Source: Chiloscyllium plagiosum
Lineage: Eukaryota
DNA length: 20,000 nt
Assembly (NCBI RefSeq): GCF_004010195.1
Contig: NC_057749.1
Coordinates: forward strand, 9,490,890 to 9,510,889
Direction: 5' to 3'
The notes beneath the pieces are model-generated. The model was not told where the DNA came from and did no database searches. It was given only the letters and a program-made list of their open reading frames with translations. Within the stretch, counting starts at the first letter, position 1, and each line of letters opens with the position of its first letter. A program made the position numbers and the translations under genes. Of this stretch, positions 1-10,382 are shown piece after piece.

Positions 1-48
1 TTCTGAACTCCAGAGCTTACAGGCCTAGCCTGTGTAACCTTTCCTGTC

Positions 49-126
49 GAGAGTGTGGTTCTGGAAACGCACAGCAGGTCAGGCAGGATCCAAGGAGCAC
101 GAGAGTCAGTGTTTCAGGCAAAAGGT
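49..126 (-). mobile_element. Penelope-like short repeat, truncated before the hammerhead core
   Basis: gagagtgtggttctggaaacgcacagcaggtcaggcaggatccaaggagca; same family as 8099-8192 and 11635-11804. Confidence 0.75.
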
Positions 127-204
127 CAAGAACGAGGGACTTCATAGGAATAGCTAAAGAAGCAATGGTAACATGAAAAATAATTTTTATATCGAATCTG
201 ATAC

Positions 205-390
205 CAATCAGGATTCAATCATGACTTTAAAAAGGAAATTGGATAAAGGGAATTGGATAACCAGTTGAAGAAGGAGAATCTGTGGGACTGCAAGGAAAGT
301 CTGAGGATTGAACACAACTGATGCAGAGAGCTTGCATTGACAAGATGGACTGAATGGTCTCCTTTTATACTGTAACATTCTATTATTAAT
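205..390 (+). mobile_element. Old CR1 3' end fragment
   Basis: tttaaaaaggaaattggataa (locally duplicated) ... gatggactgaatggtctccttttatactgtaacattct resembles a CR1 3' tail. Confidence 0.6.
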
Positions 391-667
391 GATTCACTCT
401 TACCCACTTCGAGAAACCCTCCCTTTTCTCCACCACCTGGTCAAATTTATTTTTGTTCAGTCCCTTTTAGTAACATTTGCATTTTGACAGCAATTGTTAT
501 GTTAATGAAACCCTCATAGATGCACACATGGCTGGTTGTGGCTGTGGGCAGGTAGAGCTGAGATGTTACATGAATGATGAAGTAGGTTGAGGTGAGACTG
601 CTGAATGTTATATAAATCCTGAATTAGTTTAAACCCAATCTGAAAAAAGTTGGTCTGAACAGTGTCA

Positions 668-748
668 GATGTCACATGACACAGGTTATAGTCCAGCAAG
701 TTTATTAGAAATCAGAAGCTTTTGAACCACTGCTTCCTCATCACCTGA
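668..748 (-). mobile_element. Penelope-like short repeat with decayed hammerhead core
   Basis: acacaggttatagtccagcaagtttattagaaatcagaagctttt; same family as 6022-6100. Confidence 0.75.
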
Positions 749-807
749 ATAGTGTGACACTTGAAGTTAAAGCTTGGATTAATTTATAACTATGATGTTG
801 TTTTTAT

Positions 808-1812
808 GACTGGAGATCTGTGACCAGTAGTATTCTGCGGGGATCAGTGCTGGGACCCTGTTGTTTGTAATATGTATAAATGGTCTGAAGAGGAACGTAG
901 TTAGCCTGATCAGTAAGTTTGCAGATTACAGAAAGAATGGGAGAGCTATAGATAGCGAAGTGTTTGCCAGAGGATACGTCAGGATATAGATAAGTTGGAG
1001 ACTTGGATGGAGAAATGACAGATGGAATTTAATCTGGACAAATGTGAAGTGTTGCATTTTGGAAGATTTAATGCGGGGATAAGTATACAGTAAATGACAG
1101 AATCTCTTAGTAGCATCAACATTCAGAGGAGTCCAGGTGTACAGGTCCATAATGCCCTGAAAGTGGCAACACAAGTGGTTAAGGTAGTCAAGAAGGCATA
1201 TAGCATGCTTGCCTTCATTGGTTGGTGCATAGAGTATAAATAATGGCAAGTTATGCTGCAGCTGTGTATAACTTCAGTTAGGTAACATTTGGAATATTGT
1301 GTACAATTCTGAACGCCACACAACCAGAACATGTGGAGGCTTTGGAGAGGGTACAGAAAAGGTTTACCAGGATGTTGCCTGGTTTGGAAGGTATTAGCTA
1401 TGAGGAGAGGTTGGACAAATTTGTTTTGTTTTCACTTGAACGTCGAAGGATGAGGGGAGACCTGATGAGAGTTTGCAAAATTATGTGAGGCATGTATAGA
1501 ATGGATGGTCAGTGTCTTTTTCCCAGAGCAGAAATGTCAACTACTGAATGACATAGATTTAAAAAAAGGTAAATTTAAAGATGTGAGAGGCAAGATTTTT
1601 ACATAGAGGATGGCAAGTTCCTTGAATGTGGTGGAGGTAGATACAGTAGCAACATTTAAGAGTCATGATGATAGACATATGAATAGGTAGGAAATAGAAG
1701 GATATGGACCGTATAGAGGCAAAAGGTTTTTAGTTTAGAAACGCATCATTTGTTGGTGCAGTCTTGGTGGGCCGTAGGGCCTGTTGCTGTGCTATACTAT
1801 TCTTTGTTCTAT
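808..1812 (+). mobile_element. Degenerate CR1 LINE, RT 3' half and 3' UTR
   Basis: Frameshifted GSVLGP, KFAD and ALERVQKRFTRMLPGLEGISYEERLDK..RRRMRGDL motifs; 3' tail gggccgtagggcctgttgctgtgctatactattctttgttct. Confidence 0.9.
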
Positions 1813-1834
1813 CTGTAGATTGATAGGTTTGTCT

Positions 1835-2215
1835 TCTGAGAAAGGTTGAGCAGGTTGGACCTATACTCATTGGAGTTTAGAAGAATGAGAGGTAGCCCAA
1901 GGGAAACACACAAAATTCTGAGGTTGCTTGACAGGGTGGGGATACTCAAATAACTTTTCCACTTGTGGCAGAATCTAGAACTAGGGAACACAGTTTAAAA
2001 TAAGGAGTTTCCCATTTAAGATGGTGATGAAGAGGAATTTATTTCCTCAGGAATTCACTTCCCCAGAAAGGAGTGGGTCATTGAATAGATGTGTTAACAT
2101 AATTTTGATTGGACAGGCGAGAAAGTGAAGCTGAAGCTCCAGTCAGATCATGCATCATTATATTAAATAGTTGAGGCAGGTGCACTGGCTGTTTGGCTGC
2201 CTTCATCTATTTCTT
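1835..2215 (+). mobile_element. CR1 LINE 3' fragment
   Basis: gaaaggttgagcaggttggacctatactcattggagtttagaagaatgagagg (ERLSRLDLYSLEFRRMRG), agaactagggaacacagtttaaaataagg, then a degenerate 3' UTR. Confidence 0.8.
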
Positions 2216-2504
2216 ATTAATCAGCAGTTAATACTGATCATTTACAATTGCCAACCAGTTTGAAAGAAATTTATCTCAGTCACTGACCAATATGTGGAAA
2301 GAAATGTGTGGTTGAGCAGTAAAATTAAAGATCCCTTCTTTTATCTTACTACTGTTGCAGCAAGAATGAAATATGGTGTTTAGTGTTAGTTCTAGGAATT
2401 CAATTCTTCCTTCTCTACAAGTTTGCATTTTGGCTTGGCACCAAACCTGCTTAAAAGACAATCTCTATTACTTTGAAAGTTTGCAAAGTTGGTTTTGAAA
2501 CTAA

Positions 2505-2690
2505 GCCATGCAGATATTCACGGATTTGATCCCTGCTCTGTGCCTGTGTTAGCTGATCTGAGCCTCAGCTGGAGTGTAGGTTTTGTGGTTGGCCTTCCAA
2601 ACAGTCAGAGGCAAGTGAAAAGTCATCGGGGCTCCAGCTTCCACTTGCTGGGCAGTGACCCCTACTGGTGTGTGCTTGCGGTGCAGGTGA
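2505..2690 (+). mobile_element. Degenerate tRNA-derived SINE
   Basis: B-box-like gatttgatccct followed by ctgtgcctgtgttagctgatctgagc...cagtgacccctactgg, resembling a shark SINE body from recall. Confidence 0.5.
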
Positions 2691-2974
2691 AAACTGAAGG
2701 GAGCTTTCACCTGAGATTTGTAGATGTGTTTGTCAGACAGGTGCACAAACCTGTAAAGTTTTCTGTAGTGTGTAGGCTTACATGTATGACGCAGGGTTAT
2801 GGTTCACTCTAGGGGAATCATACTTTGATTGAGTTGCTAAATTGAGGTCTCATCTAGATTTGGTTTAGACAGATGATACTATTTTAAGGAGAGCAGGGTG
2901 TCCTACTCAACACTCCTTTTCTCAAACAACTCCACCAAAAGCAAATCTACTAACTGTTTATTTCACACGATTGT

Positions 2975-3910
2975 TAGAGTACAGAAGAAGCTCATCATGC
3001 CTGCATTGTTTCTGCTTGAACAATTTGCTTTGTGCCATTCTCCCAACTTCTCCATATTGTTTGTTTTCAGCTGATGGTCTAACTAGTTCTCAGTGTTCCA
3101 AATAATCTGCCTCCACCATGCTCTTAGACAGTGCATCCCCAACCTTAACCACTCTGGGTGGGTTTTTTCTCATGTCACTTTTGGATCTTTCACACTTACT
3201 TCAAGGCTGTTCCGTATCATAAGGACATAGGAAATAGGAACAGGAGTAGGCCATCTGGCTCTTCGAGCCTGCTCTGCCATTCTTTTTGTGGTCCCATCCC
3301 CACTTACCTGCCCTTCACTGTAACTCTTAACTCCTTTACTGTTCAAAAATCTATCCTTGCTTAAAAAAATTAAACAAGCTAGCCTCAACTAGCGGGGAAT
3401 TTCACAGATTCACAACCTTTTGGGTGAACAAGCTCCTCCTCAACTCAGGCTTAATCTGCTTCCCCTTATTTTCACGCTATGCTCTCTAGCTCCAGTTTCA
3501 CACACCAGTGGAAACAACCTCCCTGCTTCTATTTTATCTATTCCCTTCATAATTTTATATGTTTTTATAAAATTCCTCCATATTCTTCTAAATTCCAAAG
3601 AGTATAATTCCAGTCTATTAAATTTCTCCTCATAAGCCAGTCCTCTTATTTCCGGAATCAACATAGTTGATTTGCGATCATTCTTGATCCTTGTGAGCGG
3701 AATTGCTTTCTCCCAACCTACTCTGTCCAAGTTTCTCTTGGTTTTGACTACCTCAGTCTAATCTCCTCAAAACCTTTCTTTCGCCAAGGAATGCGGTCCT
3801 ATTTTCCTGAGTCTGTCTTCATAACTGATGTTCTTCATTCCTTGCCCCATTCGTGTGAATTTTCTCTGCATTGTGTTTGTGGACTGTTTAATTCCGGAAT
3901 GTGTGCTCCC
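2975..3910 (-). mobile_element. Old CR1 fragment split by a younger CR1 insertion
   Basis: Degenerate antisense CR1 3' region at about 2975-3215 resumes collinearly at about 3682 (tcttgatcc...cctactctgtcc...tcttcataactga...). Confidence 0.65.
3216..3681 (-). mobile_element. CR1 LINE 3' fragment nested in an older CR1
   Basis: ORF 3440-3730 contains LIPEIRGLAYEEKFNRLELYSLEFRR...GRLFPL..REHSVKIRG. The tail reads cataaggacataggaaataggaacaggagtaggccat, and ATCAT direct repeats lie at 3216-3220 and 3677-3681. Confidence 0.9.
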
Positions 3911-3969
3911 TTGGCCGATGTATTAATAGATAAGGACTCCATGGAGCAGACCTTGTGAAGCACTTTAAG

Positions 3970-4662
3970 ATTTTTAAAAGTTGTTTTTCTTTTCCTCCAT
4001 CCAGGAGTTAGTGCCTTCCCACTACTCAAATCACCATGTTTTTTTTGTAAACTTGCAACCACCACCAGTAAAAACACCCATTTATCCAATTGAGTATGTA
4101 CAAGCAAAACCCATAACTGGCAATTCAAGCCACCAAATGTGAAGGGGGTGAGGTAAGGAGAGCGAGACAAGACGAAATCAAAATGGAGTTGGAGGAGGAA
4201 ATAAAGCATTGTATCTCCCGTGGTGCCCACCTCTCTCTAAAGGCATCAAGAGCATTGATGGACACCGGATGCTCCTTCCCCAAGGATACCCAGTCATGAA
4301 TATAACCGTGGAAGAAGGGCAGACAGTTGGCAGAGACAACCCCTTCCATGGCTCGCTGCCTGGACCTGTTTATAGCCAGCCCGGCCATGCCCACAAGGAG
4401 TAGCGCCTCTGATCTGCCCACAGCCCCCCAGCACACGCTGCCCAAAGATCAAGAACATAGGGCTGAAGTGCAACCAAAAACTGGTCAAATAACTGGTTAA
4501 ATAAGGGAGTGCAAATGGCCGCAACAAATGTGGTCCATGGACTCCACAGCGCCGCAAAATGAACAGTTGGGCTGGGAGTCTGTGAACTGCCACAATCTAC
4601 TATTGTGTGGGATTGCTGAGTGCAACACTCTCCACCTTCAGATCCCTGAAGACTCCCATGTA
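3970..4662 (-). mobile_element. Tx1-clade (L1 group) non-LTR retrotransposon, 5'-truncated ORF2 C-terminus and 3' UTR
   Basis: Frameshifted WRVLHSAIPHNSRLWQFTDSQPNCSFCGAVESMDHICC (zinc-knuckle-like), FWLHFSPMFLIFG, GLAINRSRQRAMEGVVSANCLPFFHGY and LDAFRERWAP, all typical of Tx1 ORF2 ends. The 3' boundary is approximate. Confidence 0.85.
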
Positions 4663-4694
4663 CTTTGAGATGTTTATTTTTAATTTTCCCCCGA

Positions 4695-4755
4695 ACCAAC
4701 CTGCTTAGACATTACACATCTCTGGAGCAGGTGGGACTTAAACCTGGGATTTCCA
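4695..4755 (-). mobile_element. Short tRNA-derived SINE fragment
   Basis: Minus strand cccaggtttaagtcccacctgctccagagatgtgtaatgtctaagcaggttggtt is similar to the + copy at 5160-5222 and carries a B-box-like GGTTTAAGTCC. Confidence 0.6.
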
Positions 4756-4864
4756 GTCGGGAGGACTTCTTTCAGTTATTAAGTTCATGAGATGCAGGTG
4801 TCACTGACAATTTCAGCACTTACTGCCTATCCCTCACTGAGAAGGCAGTACTGAGCAGATCTGT

Positions 4865-5113
4865 GGCCCTGTAACCCTCTTGCTTGAATCAAACAAAATC
4901 TGTGTTCAAGTCCCACATTTGAGCCCAAAAATCAAACAGACAATCTAGTGCAGTATTGAGGATGTGTGCACTACCTATTGGAGGAGGTGTTCGAGCAAGA
5001 TCTCAACTATGTGCTTGGTGCGTGTACAGGATCACCATTTGAAGATGAGCCGGGGGGAGTTATGCCTGGAGTTCTGGCCAGTGCTTACCTTTTAATTGCC
5101 ATCTCTAAAAGCA
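4865..5113 (+). mobile_element. Deu-domain SINE (SacSINE1/AmnSINE-like), degenerate
   Basis: gtgttcaagtcccac (B box), tagtgcagtattgagg, tttgaagatgagccgggggagttatgcctggagttctggcca match the recalled DeuSINE core. Confidence 0.65.
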
Positions 5114-5114
5114 A

Positions 5115-5224
5115 ATGGCGTGGCTGTCTTGTGGTGCAGTGGTACTACCCCTATCCCTTGACCAAGGTTCAAGTTCTACCTTCCCCAGAAGTGTGCAACA
5201 ACATCTCTGAACAGGTTGATTAGT
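5115..5224 (+). mobile_element. Short tRNA-derived SINE
   Basis: A-box-like tggtgcagtgg and B-box-like ggttcaagttc; tail catctctgaacaggttgattag; same family as 4695-4755. Confidence 0.65.
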
Positions 5225-5347
5225 GAAACAGAAAAGAACCATAGATGCTGGAAGAAGGGTCACTGAACATGAAACGTTAACTCTGATTTCTCTCCACAGA
5301 TGCTGCCAGACCTGCTGTGTTTTTCCAGCAATTTCTGTTTTTGTTCA
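5225..5347 (+). mobile_element. Penelope-like short repeat with degenerate hammerhead core and 8-bp TSD
   Basis: gaagaagggtcactgaacatgaaacgttaactctg...cagatgctgccagacctgctg, flanked by TGATTAGT at 5217-5224 and 5348-5355. Confidence 0.75.
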
Positions 5348-5369
5348 TGATTAGTTAACTAGTCTGTTT

Positions 5370-6016
5370 TGTGACAATACTAAGCCTTTAAAAGGTGTAT
5401 TTGTTCCTTTTTTTTTTGAAGAGAGGTTTTCAGTAAGCGATACCGAGCTGTCTATTACAAGCCCATAAAGTAAACCGCTTGAGAGACCTTGGCTTTTTAA
5501 AAAATGTTGGAACAATAGAAGCAGACTGAATGGGTGGGGCAAACTCCTCCCGAACCAGGGTTTTTAGTTTTTCATTTTTCAGGAGCAAATGCTCGGTTTT
5601 TAAACTTGTTTTGGAAGCTGCAGTACATCTCTTTCTGGTATTGTCTCCAAGTTTTGATGTTTTTTCCTCTTGGACTGGAGAAATACCTGTGAGACAATCT
5701 ATTTTACTGAACTTGCCTTTTTCCCAGGGTGTGTTGTTGGGATGTTACTGTATTAGAACAGTTAATTAGTAGTCATGAATATATCTAATTATTTTGTTAA
5801 GAATTTTGATAGAGTTACAGTTAAGCTAGTTCTTTTTATTTTATCTGTTTTTAACGGCAGTGTAAAAATGAAGTGTGTTTTGCTGAAGTTTGAGTAGGTT
5901 GACCAATCGAATACATTTGGAACACAACACCTTACACTTACCTTTAAATAAGAAAAGGTTAGGGTCTCGACTATCTCCTAAATATATTTTTAGGGGGTTT
6001 GGTCGGAGACTTAACA
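5370..6016 (+). mobile_element. Probable solo LTR (Gypsy-like)
   Basis: 647-bp block beginning TGTGACA and ending TTAACA (TG...CA), with near-4-bp flanking repeats GTTT/ATTT and no internal retroviral ORF. Orientation is tentative. Confidence 0.55.
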
Positions 6017-6021
6017 ATTTC

Positions 6022-6228
6022 AGAAGTCAGACAACACCAGGTTATAATCCAACAGGTTTATTTGAAATCACAAGCTTTCATAGCGCTGCTCCTTTGTTAG
6101 GTGAAGTCTGATGAAGGGGCAATGCTCCGAAAGCTTGTGATTTCAAATAAACTTGTTGAACTATAATCAGGCTTCATCTGACTTCTGACCTTGTCCACCC
6201 TGGTCAAATACCGGCACCTCCACATCAT
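6022..6228. mobile_element. Penelope-like inverted repeat (palindrome) with hammerhead core
   Basis: Arms span 6022-6186 with a perfect 24-bp inverted match (6056-6079 versus 6129-6152). The + strand reads CTGATGA-A-GGGGC-AAT-GCTCC-GAAA at 6108-6132. Confidence 0.85.
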
Positions 6229-6349
6229 GCATAACAATTTGTTTTGTTGACTTCCAAAGAGTACAAAGGGGGATGGGTTTGCTCTGAGCAGAGCTGACTT
6301 ATTTTCTGCTATTAACCCCGACTATTAACACTAACTCTACATCTGTATC

Positions 6350-6555
6350 TCTCTGTTACACCCACAAGCACACCATTTGCCTCTTACACTAGGCATACTT
6401 ACCATCTGCTCTATTTTCTCCTTCTTCCCATTTACAATAAGAAACAGCACTTTCCAGCCCTCTTCAATTCCAAAGATGAGTCCTCCCAGACAAGAAATGT
6501 TAACTCTTTGCACAGACATTGCCAGAAGTGCTGAGCTATTCCAGCACTGTTTTTA
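6350..6555 (+). mobile_element. Old Penelope-like 3' fragment
   Basis: gaaatgttaactctttgcacagacattgccagaagtgctgagctattccagcac is a decayed version of the 5270-5330 repeat. Confidence 0.55.
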
Positions 6556-7473
6556 AAAGAAGACATTTATATGGGCTGTCAAAAAAATACAAACAGGGTC
6601 TAGTGGGAGACAATGGTATGTTTAATGGCTGAGTTTACAAAATGTAAAAAGGGTTTTCTGAGACAGTAGGTTCTTGGTAGGTATGAGGCAGATACATGTT
6701 ACATTGCATTCTGGGAATAAACCTATCAAGAGAAGGATCTCAGTCTACTTTCATACTTTACTGTCTGGCTCAGATCCATTAAACAAGTTTGACACTGGAG
6801 CAGAACCTTTCTCTTTAAGTTGCACCAGGCATTCTTCAGCATCTGCCTGAACCCGTCAACACAACTTGGGTCCAGTGGCTTATCATTAATCTCTAAGTCC
6901 CACATTCGCATGCCCAGTTTAGTCTCTGAGTTTAATTCTGTCACATTGAGAGTCAGAGGGCAACTTGAGTTATAGCTGAGTACCACTGACTATATATAGA
7001 AATCAGTGCCTGTTGGTTTTTTTTGTGCGCGTTGATTACAGATTTAAAAAAAGCCATCTTTAGCCATGCATTTAAAGGAAGTTTCAATGATGATTTGGGC
7101 TTTGCATGTGCTTGTTGTGCTTATCAGTTTAAATTCCTGTAGCAACTGATGGAGGATAACAGTACAGTTGACACGCCAAGAGATTGTCTCTCTGGGACTG
7201 TAGACACCCTCCATTTACCAGCACTTTTCTTCAATGCCCTACTGAAGATGTAGCGTTATCCCAACGGGATTCCGTAGCAGGAGTGCCCTATGTGCATTTC
7301 TCCTCAGGCAATCTAACCCTTGATATATATTTAGCTTGAAATGAATATGATGAAGAATTTGTGTGTGTTCCTTCACTGCCGGCCACAAAGACAAACACCA
7401 TTGACAATAAGTCAAAATGCACTAAAAGTTGGGGTACCAACTCTTCCTGATCCTATGCGCAAGCTGTGTTTTA

Positions 7474-7802
7474 AGTGGTTAGCACTGCTGCCTCACAGCG
7501 CCAGGGACCTGGTTTTGATTCCAGCCTTGGGCGATTGTCTGTTTGGAGTTTGTATATTCTTCCCATGTCTGCATAGGTTTCTTTTGGGTGCTCTTGTTTA
7601 TTCCCACAGTCCAAGGATGTGCAGGTTAGGTGGATTGGTCATACTAAATTGTCCATAGTGTCCAGGGATGTGCAGGCTAGGTTGTTTAACTGTGGTAAAT
7701 GTGGGGTAATGGTGATAGGGTGGGATGCTCTATGGAGGGTTGATGCAGACTTAATGGGTCAAGTGGCCTCTCTCTGAACTGTACAGATTCTTAGAAATTC
7801 TA
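7474..7802 (+). mobile_element. HE1-like V-SINE (elasmobranch tRNA-derived SINE)
   Basis: gtggttagcactgctgcctcacagcgccagggacctggttttgattcc head; V-domain tggagtttgtatattcttcccatgtctgc...cccacagtccaaggatgtgcaggttagg; CR1-like tail. Confidence 0.85.
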
Positions 7803-8098
7803 CATTTTCAAGTTGTAAACACGGCTTTCAGTCAGGTGACAAACAACCTAAACCAATCTATTTATGGCATGCCAGATTAAATCAACGATGTTGACCCGGT
7901 TAGTGTAAGGCAGTCAGTAAAATTCCATGTTCTGTCATAATGTTTGAGAATGCTGATCTTAGAATATTAATGAGACAATGGACCTAGGTCATAAAAGAAC
8001 AAGTCAGACCAGATCCTTTTGCCTTTCCAGTGAGCATGTGAGAAAACATGTGTACAAGGATTGAGTAAGAAAGTATAATGGTACAAACATTAAATGAG

Positions 8099-8192
8099 CT
8101 TAAAAATGTGTTGCTGGAAAAGCGCAGCAGGTCAGGCAGCATCAAAGGAGCAGGAGAATCAACATTTCGGGCATAAGCCCTTCTTCAGGAAT
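8099..8192 (-). mobile_element. 94-bp Penelope-like mini-element with hammerhead core and perfect 11-bp TSD
   Basis: Minus strand reads CTGAAGA-A-GGGC-TTAT-GCCC-GAAA-TGTT (8161-8188); CATTAAATGAG flanks it at 8088-8098 and 8193-8203. Confidence 0.9.
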
Positions 8193-8257
8193 CATTAAAT
8201 GAGAACAGGTTTGATTTGGATTCCTTCCTTGGTCACATAGTGTAGCCACCTAGCGAA

Positions 8258-8690
8258 GAATACAAGAATAGAAACAGAATACTCAGCTCTTTTGTGTCTA
8301 CCCCACCATTTAATTAAATCATTGCCAGTCTGGGAATTTTTGGAGGAGATAGTTTCAGCCTTCCACCATTGTTCGTGTGAGGAAACTTTTTCCTGAGTAC
8401 CTGTGCTCCATTTTTAATGTTATTCCATTGTTCGGGACTCCGCTACCAGGGAAAATGTGTTTCTCCGCTATCGCTCTTTTAATTACCTTGGAACACCTCA
8501 ATTACATTGTCCCTTGTTTTCTAATACTCAACAGAACGCGGACCTAATCTTTGCAAACTTCTGTGATAACTCTGTTGAATCGGTACTGCATCCTTTCCAC
8601 CATGTTATTCTGGTGTGGGAATAGAATTCCACACTAAATAGATCCTGGATTGACACATGTTCCCTTTAGCATTCCACCCAAAGTGAGTTT
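8258..8690 (-). mobile_element. Old CR1 3' fragment
   Basis: Degenerate antisense CR1 motifs (caccatttaattaaatcattg, gccttccacc, tgtgaggaaactttttcctga, gttcgggactcc). Confidence 0.55.
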
Positions 8691-8761
8691 CTTGCATGTG
8701 GACAAAGCCACAGATGAAGGAACAAAATTTAGGCACTTAAAGAAAACACAAATGGGAGCCT

Positions 8762-9045
8762 GTGTATAGGTTTAAAGGTGAGGGGAGAAAATTTAAAAGG
8801 GATCTGTGGGGCAACTCTTTCACGCAGAGGGTGGTGCGTGCATGGAGCAAGCTGCCCGAGGAAGTGGTAGAGCTGGATAAAATTGCAACTTTTAAAAGAC
8901 ATTTGGACAGGTCCATGAATAGGAAAGGTTTACAGGGATATGGGCCTAACGGAGGCAAATGTGGCCAGTTCAGTTTATGAAACTTGGTCGATATGAACAA
9001 GTTGGGCTGAAGGGTCTGTTTCCATGCAGTATGACTCGGTGACTA
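8762..9045 (+). mobile_element. CR1 LINE 3' end
   Basis: ORF YRFKGEGRKFKRDLWGNSFTQRVVRAWSKLPEEVVE...FKRHLDRSMNRKGLQGYG plus tail gggctgaagggtctgtttccatgcagtatgactc. Confidence 0.9.
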
Positions 9046-9593
9046 AGTCAAGGATAACATTGTTGGGGCTGGAATAAGTCTATTGACTGAAGAAAATAAA
9101 GTCTTCCATTCTCTAAGGGTAGCCAAAATGTTGAATAGTGTTTTATCAATAATATGGTGGATAACTTTGGAACAAGAACTGGATGACTATCTGATGAGAA
9201 ATGAGGTTGATGGTTGTACACGGATAAAGATTAAATTGCTCTGAAACATATCATTCAATATTCAATAGGAATATAATCTGTAGAATGTAATCAGGTAGGG
9301 TTGAATAATGCAGATTGTAGTGGAGATTAAATTAATTGTTGTTTTATCGAAGTTATAAAGTTAGTTGTATTTTTCTATCAGTTTTACCTGTGATTATTAA
9401 ACTCCCTTGGGAGATTAAATGAATTAGGAAAAATTCATTTCATTGCCTTAGTTGATTGCACCTGCTGGGAGGAGTGGATTGTTGGGTTAAGTGGGCTTTC
9501 CTTAGTTTACAATGCTTGTTTTAAGTAGATGATGTAAGTTTGGGTTGTGATCTCATTCTCTTGCTGTCACAATTTCTTTGTCTCTCACAGGCC

Positions 9594-9870
9594 CATAAAA
9601 CACAGCAACAGGAGTAGGCCATTTGGCCCTTCAAGCCTGTCCTGCAATTCATTATGATCATGACTGATCATTCAACTCTACCTGTTTCCACTTTCTCCAC
9701 ATACCCTTTGACCCCTTTAGCCCTGAGAACTTTCTCAACTCCTTCTTGAAAATATTCAGTGTTTTGAACTCAACTTCTTTCTGTGCTTCTCTGGATGAAG
9801 AAAATTCTCCTCATCTGTGTCCAAAAATGGCCTACCCCATTTCCTAAAACTGTGACCCCTGGTTCTAGAA
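9594..9870 (-). mobile_element. CR1 LINE 3' end
   Basis: aggagtaggccatttggcccttcaagcctg...attatgatcatgactgatca...tgtgacccctggttctaga; similar to 19170-19460. Confidence 0.85.
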
Positions 9871-10382
9871 TGTAAATACATGTGTTACATACACACATTG
9901 TGAAACCCATAGATTGGCATGGTGATGCCATGATTTCCGTGGCATTACATAAAGGAAATGAACAGTATAGTCCTCAAGTGCAATTGCATTAGAAAGCACT
10001 GGATAATTAGACCTATGTATACAGACCTAATGTACTCCAAATTTTCAAGCCTATTTTTAGATGAAAGGAATGACTTAGAAAACAGAGCAGTAGAGATTAG
10101 ATCAATGTGTTCAATTGCTAATCATTCATTTGCTGAAGTAGGAAACAGGAGAATGACCTCTACAATTATTTAAATGTAATTTTGTAGTTCAAGACAAACT
10201 CCAATCTGTTCTCTCACCCCTTCCTAACTAACTCCTCTTACTGTCACAGCCCCTTTTTTATTTGCATTTCCATCGCCGTATGTCCTGTGTTACAAATTAA
10301 ACAGCTAACAAGCATGACTCATCGGGGGCAGAACACTAACAACAAATATAGGGGACGGTGGGAACAAAATTAAAATAGACCT

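Noticed and set aside
3959..3967. TAAAGTGCT on the minus strand resembles a miR-17/miR-430 family seed
   Set aside because: No pre-miRNA hairpin evident and the downstream bases do not match mature sequences I know.
7341..7658. 105-aa plus-strand ORF
   Set aside because: The second half is HE1 SINE sequence and the first half has no recognisable homology.
9535..9590. GTAAGT ... tctttgtctctcacag donor/acceptor pair
   Set aside because: About 56 nt is too short for a typical vertebrate intron, the exonic donor context is weak, and the acceptor leads straight into CR1.
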